The notes under the pieces: generated by a model
Databases searched by the model: none
What the model was told of the DNA's origin: nothing
What the model saw: only the letters and a program-made list of their open reading frames with translations
Assembly: GCA_028534125.1 (NCBI GenBank)
Contig: CM052818.1
Location: 10,232,001-10,296,000 of the forward strand
DNA from: Lama glama
Taxonomy: Eukaryota
DNA length: 64,000 bases
Direction of reading: 5' to 3'
Translations under genes and position numbers: made by a program
Shown here: positions 63,051 through 64,000 of the stretch, piece after piece
Numbering within the stretch: position 1 is the first letter of the stretch
Layout: the number at the start of each line of letters is the position of its first letter

Positions 63051-63759
63051 CTAAAGGAAATGGACACTTTGTCTTGCCAAAATACACTGGAGCTGTATCA
63101 CATAGCTTTGGGAATCCAGGCCTTGGAATCCATGCTTTGGATACTTCTGACAGGGAGCAGCGAATTCGTCTCCCAAACAGACCCTTCTTCTCCTTTCAGC
63201 AAGGAAAGCCCCTTGGATAAGTTCTCAGATGGTACTGGCTTTTCTCTCAATGTTGTTCTGAAGTGGCTACTGTTCCCAGTCCCTCAGTGGGATGCGAAGG
63301 TGTGACTGAAGTGAATGTGCGATATTTATATACAAGCTGGTTCAACTTAGTTGAGACGGAATATCTGGGTAAAAATCAAGAGTAGAAAATGAACATGGAT
63401 TTCTCCACGATGACTTCAGTATCTCTACTCAGGTGAATAAACAGAATGTGTCACATGCATAATAAGACATATAATTCACATTGCACTTGAGAGTTTACAA
63501 CGTGTCTTTTCACATACATTATCTCATCCATGTATATATTATCTCCCTGTGGGCAAAACCAGGCCTTTGGCTTCTCTGTACACGTCTGGGGAGGAGCGCA
63601 GGCTGCAGAGGGGTGACTGAACAACTGGAACCAGTTCCCTCCTTCCCTCCTGCATGCAGGTGTCTTTCAGTATTTGGGTACCACCATCTACTTTGCTTCT
63701 CACTCTGCTCCATTAAAAATGCTCCTTTAGCATATTTATCATTGGCGCTTATGTTGAAC

Positions 63760-64000
63760 TCAGAACTTTCTTATACTGTTTTTCACAGGGCTGTTGTAAG
63801 CGCCACGAGGGGAGGGATTTTTGTATTTTTTTGGTCATTGTTTTATTCTCAGTATCAAGAATATTGCATGTAACAGATGCTCAAGAAATATTTATTGAAT
63901 GAATAAGTGAATTGTTCTTCATAGCTTAGTCATATCTTCTCAACTAGATCCTAATATCTATGAGGGTGGGGTCTGTATCTTCATTTCTTTGGTCCTCCCC
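63760..64000 (+). mobile_element. L2 3'-end fragments (two)
   Basis: 'gatgctcaagaaatatttattgaatgaataagtgaat', then 'caactagatcctaatatctatgagggtggggtctgtatc'. Confidence 0.7.

Noticed and set aside
1..64000. CRISPR array, operon-like or otherwise novel multi-gene system
   Set aside because: No regularly spaced repeat-spacer array and no non-L1 coding sequence; the window is mammalian intergenic/intronic DNA.

Overview
Mammalian genomic DNA, most likely camelid (alpaca/llama/camel), judged from two tRNA-Ala-derived Vic-type SINEs and a young L1 3'-end family. There are two N gaps. I find no credible host protein-coding exon: every ORF with a recognisable product is a LINE-1 ORF1/ORF2 remnant. 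Positions ~1-37 kb are repeat-dense, with nested L1s of three ages, L2, MIR, MLT1/MLT2 LTRs and MER20/MER5. From ~37.4 kb the sequence becomes TE-poor. It carries a candidate non-CpG-island promoter and non-coding first exon on + (~41.0-41.64 kb) with a relay of overlapping short ORFs and a fold-back over its splice donors, followed by intron-like DNA with a second candidate 5'-UTR exon (56183-56431) and a MER53 hairpin with a miR-1302-like arm. The layout suggests the 5' end of a large, probably neuronal, gene whose coding exons lie beyond the window; I cannot confirm its identity from sequence alone. I see no evidence of a novel multi-gene system. Repeat family names come from remembered consensus sequences, and boundaries of old repeats are approximate.
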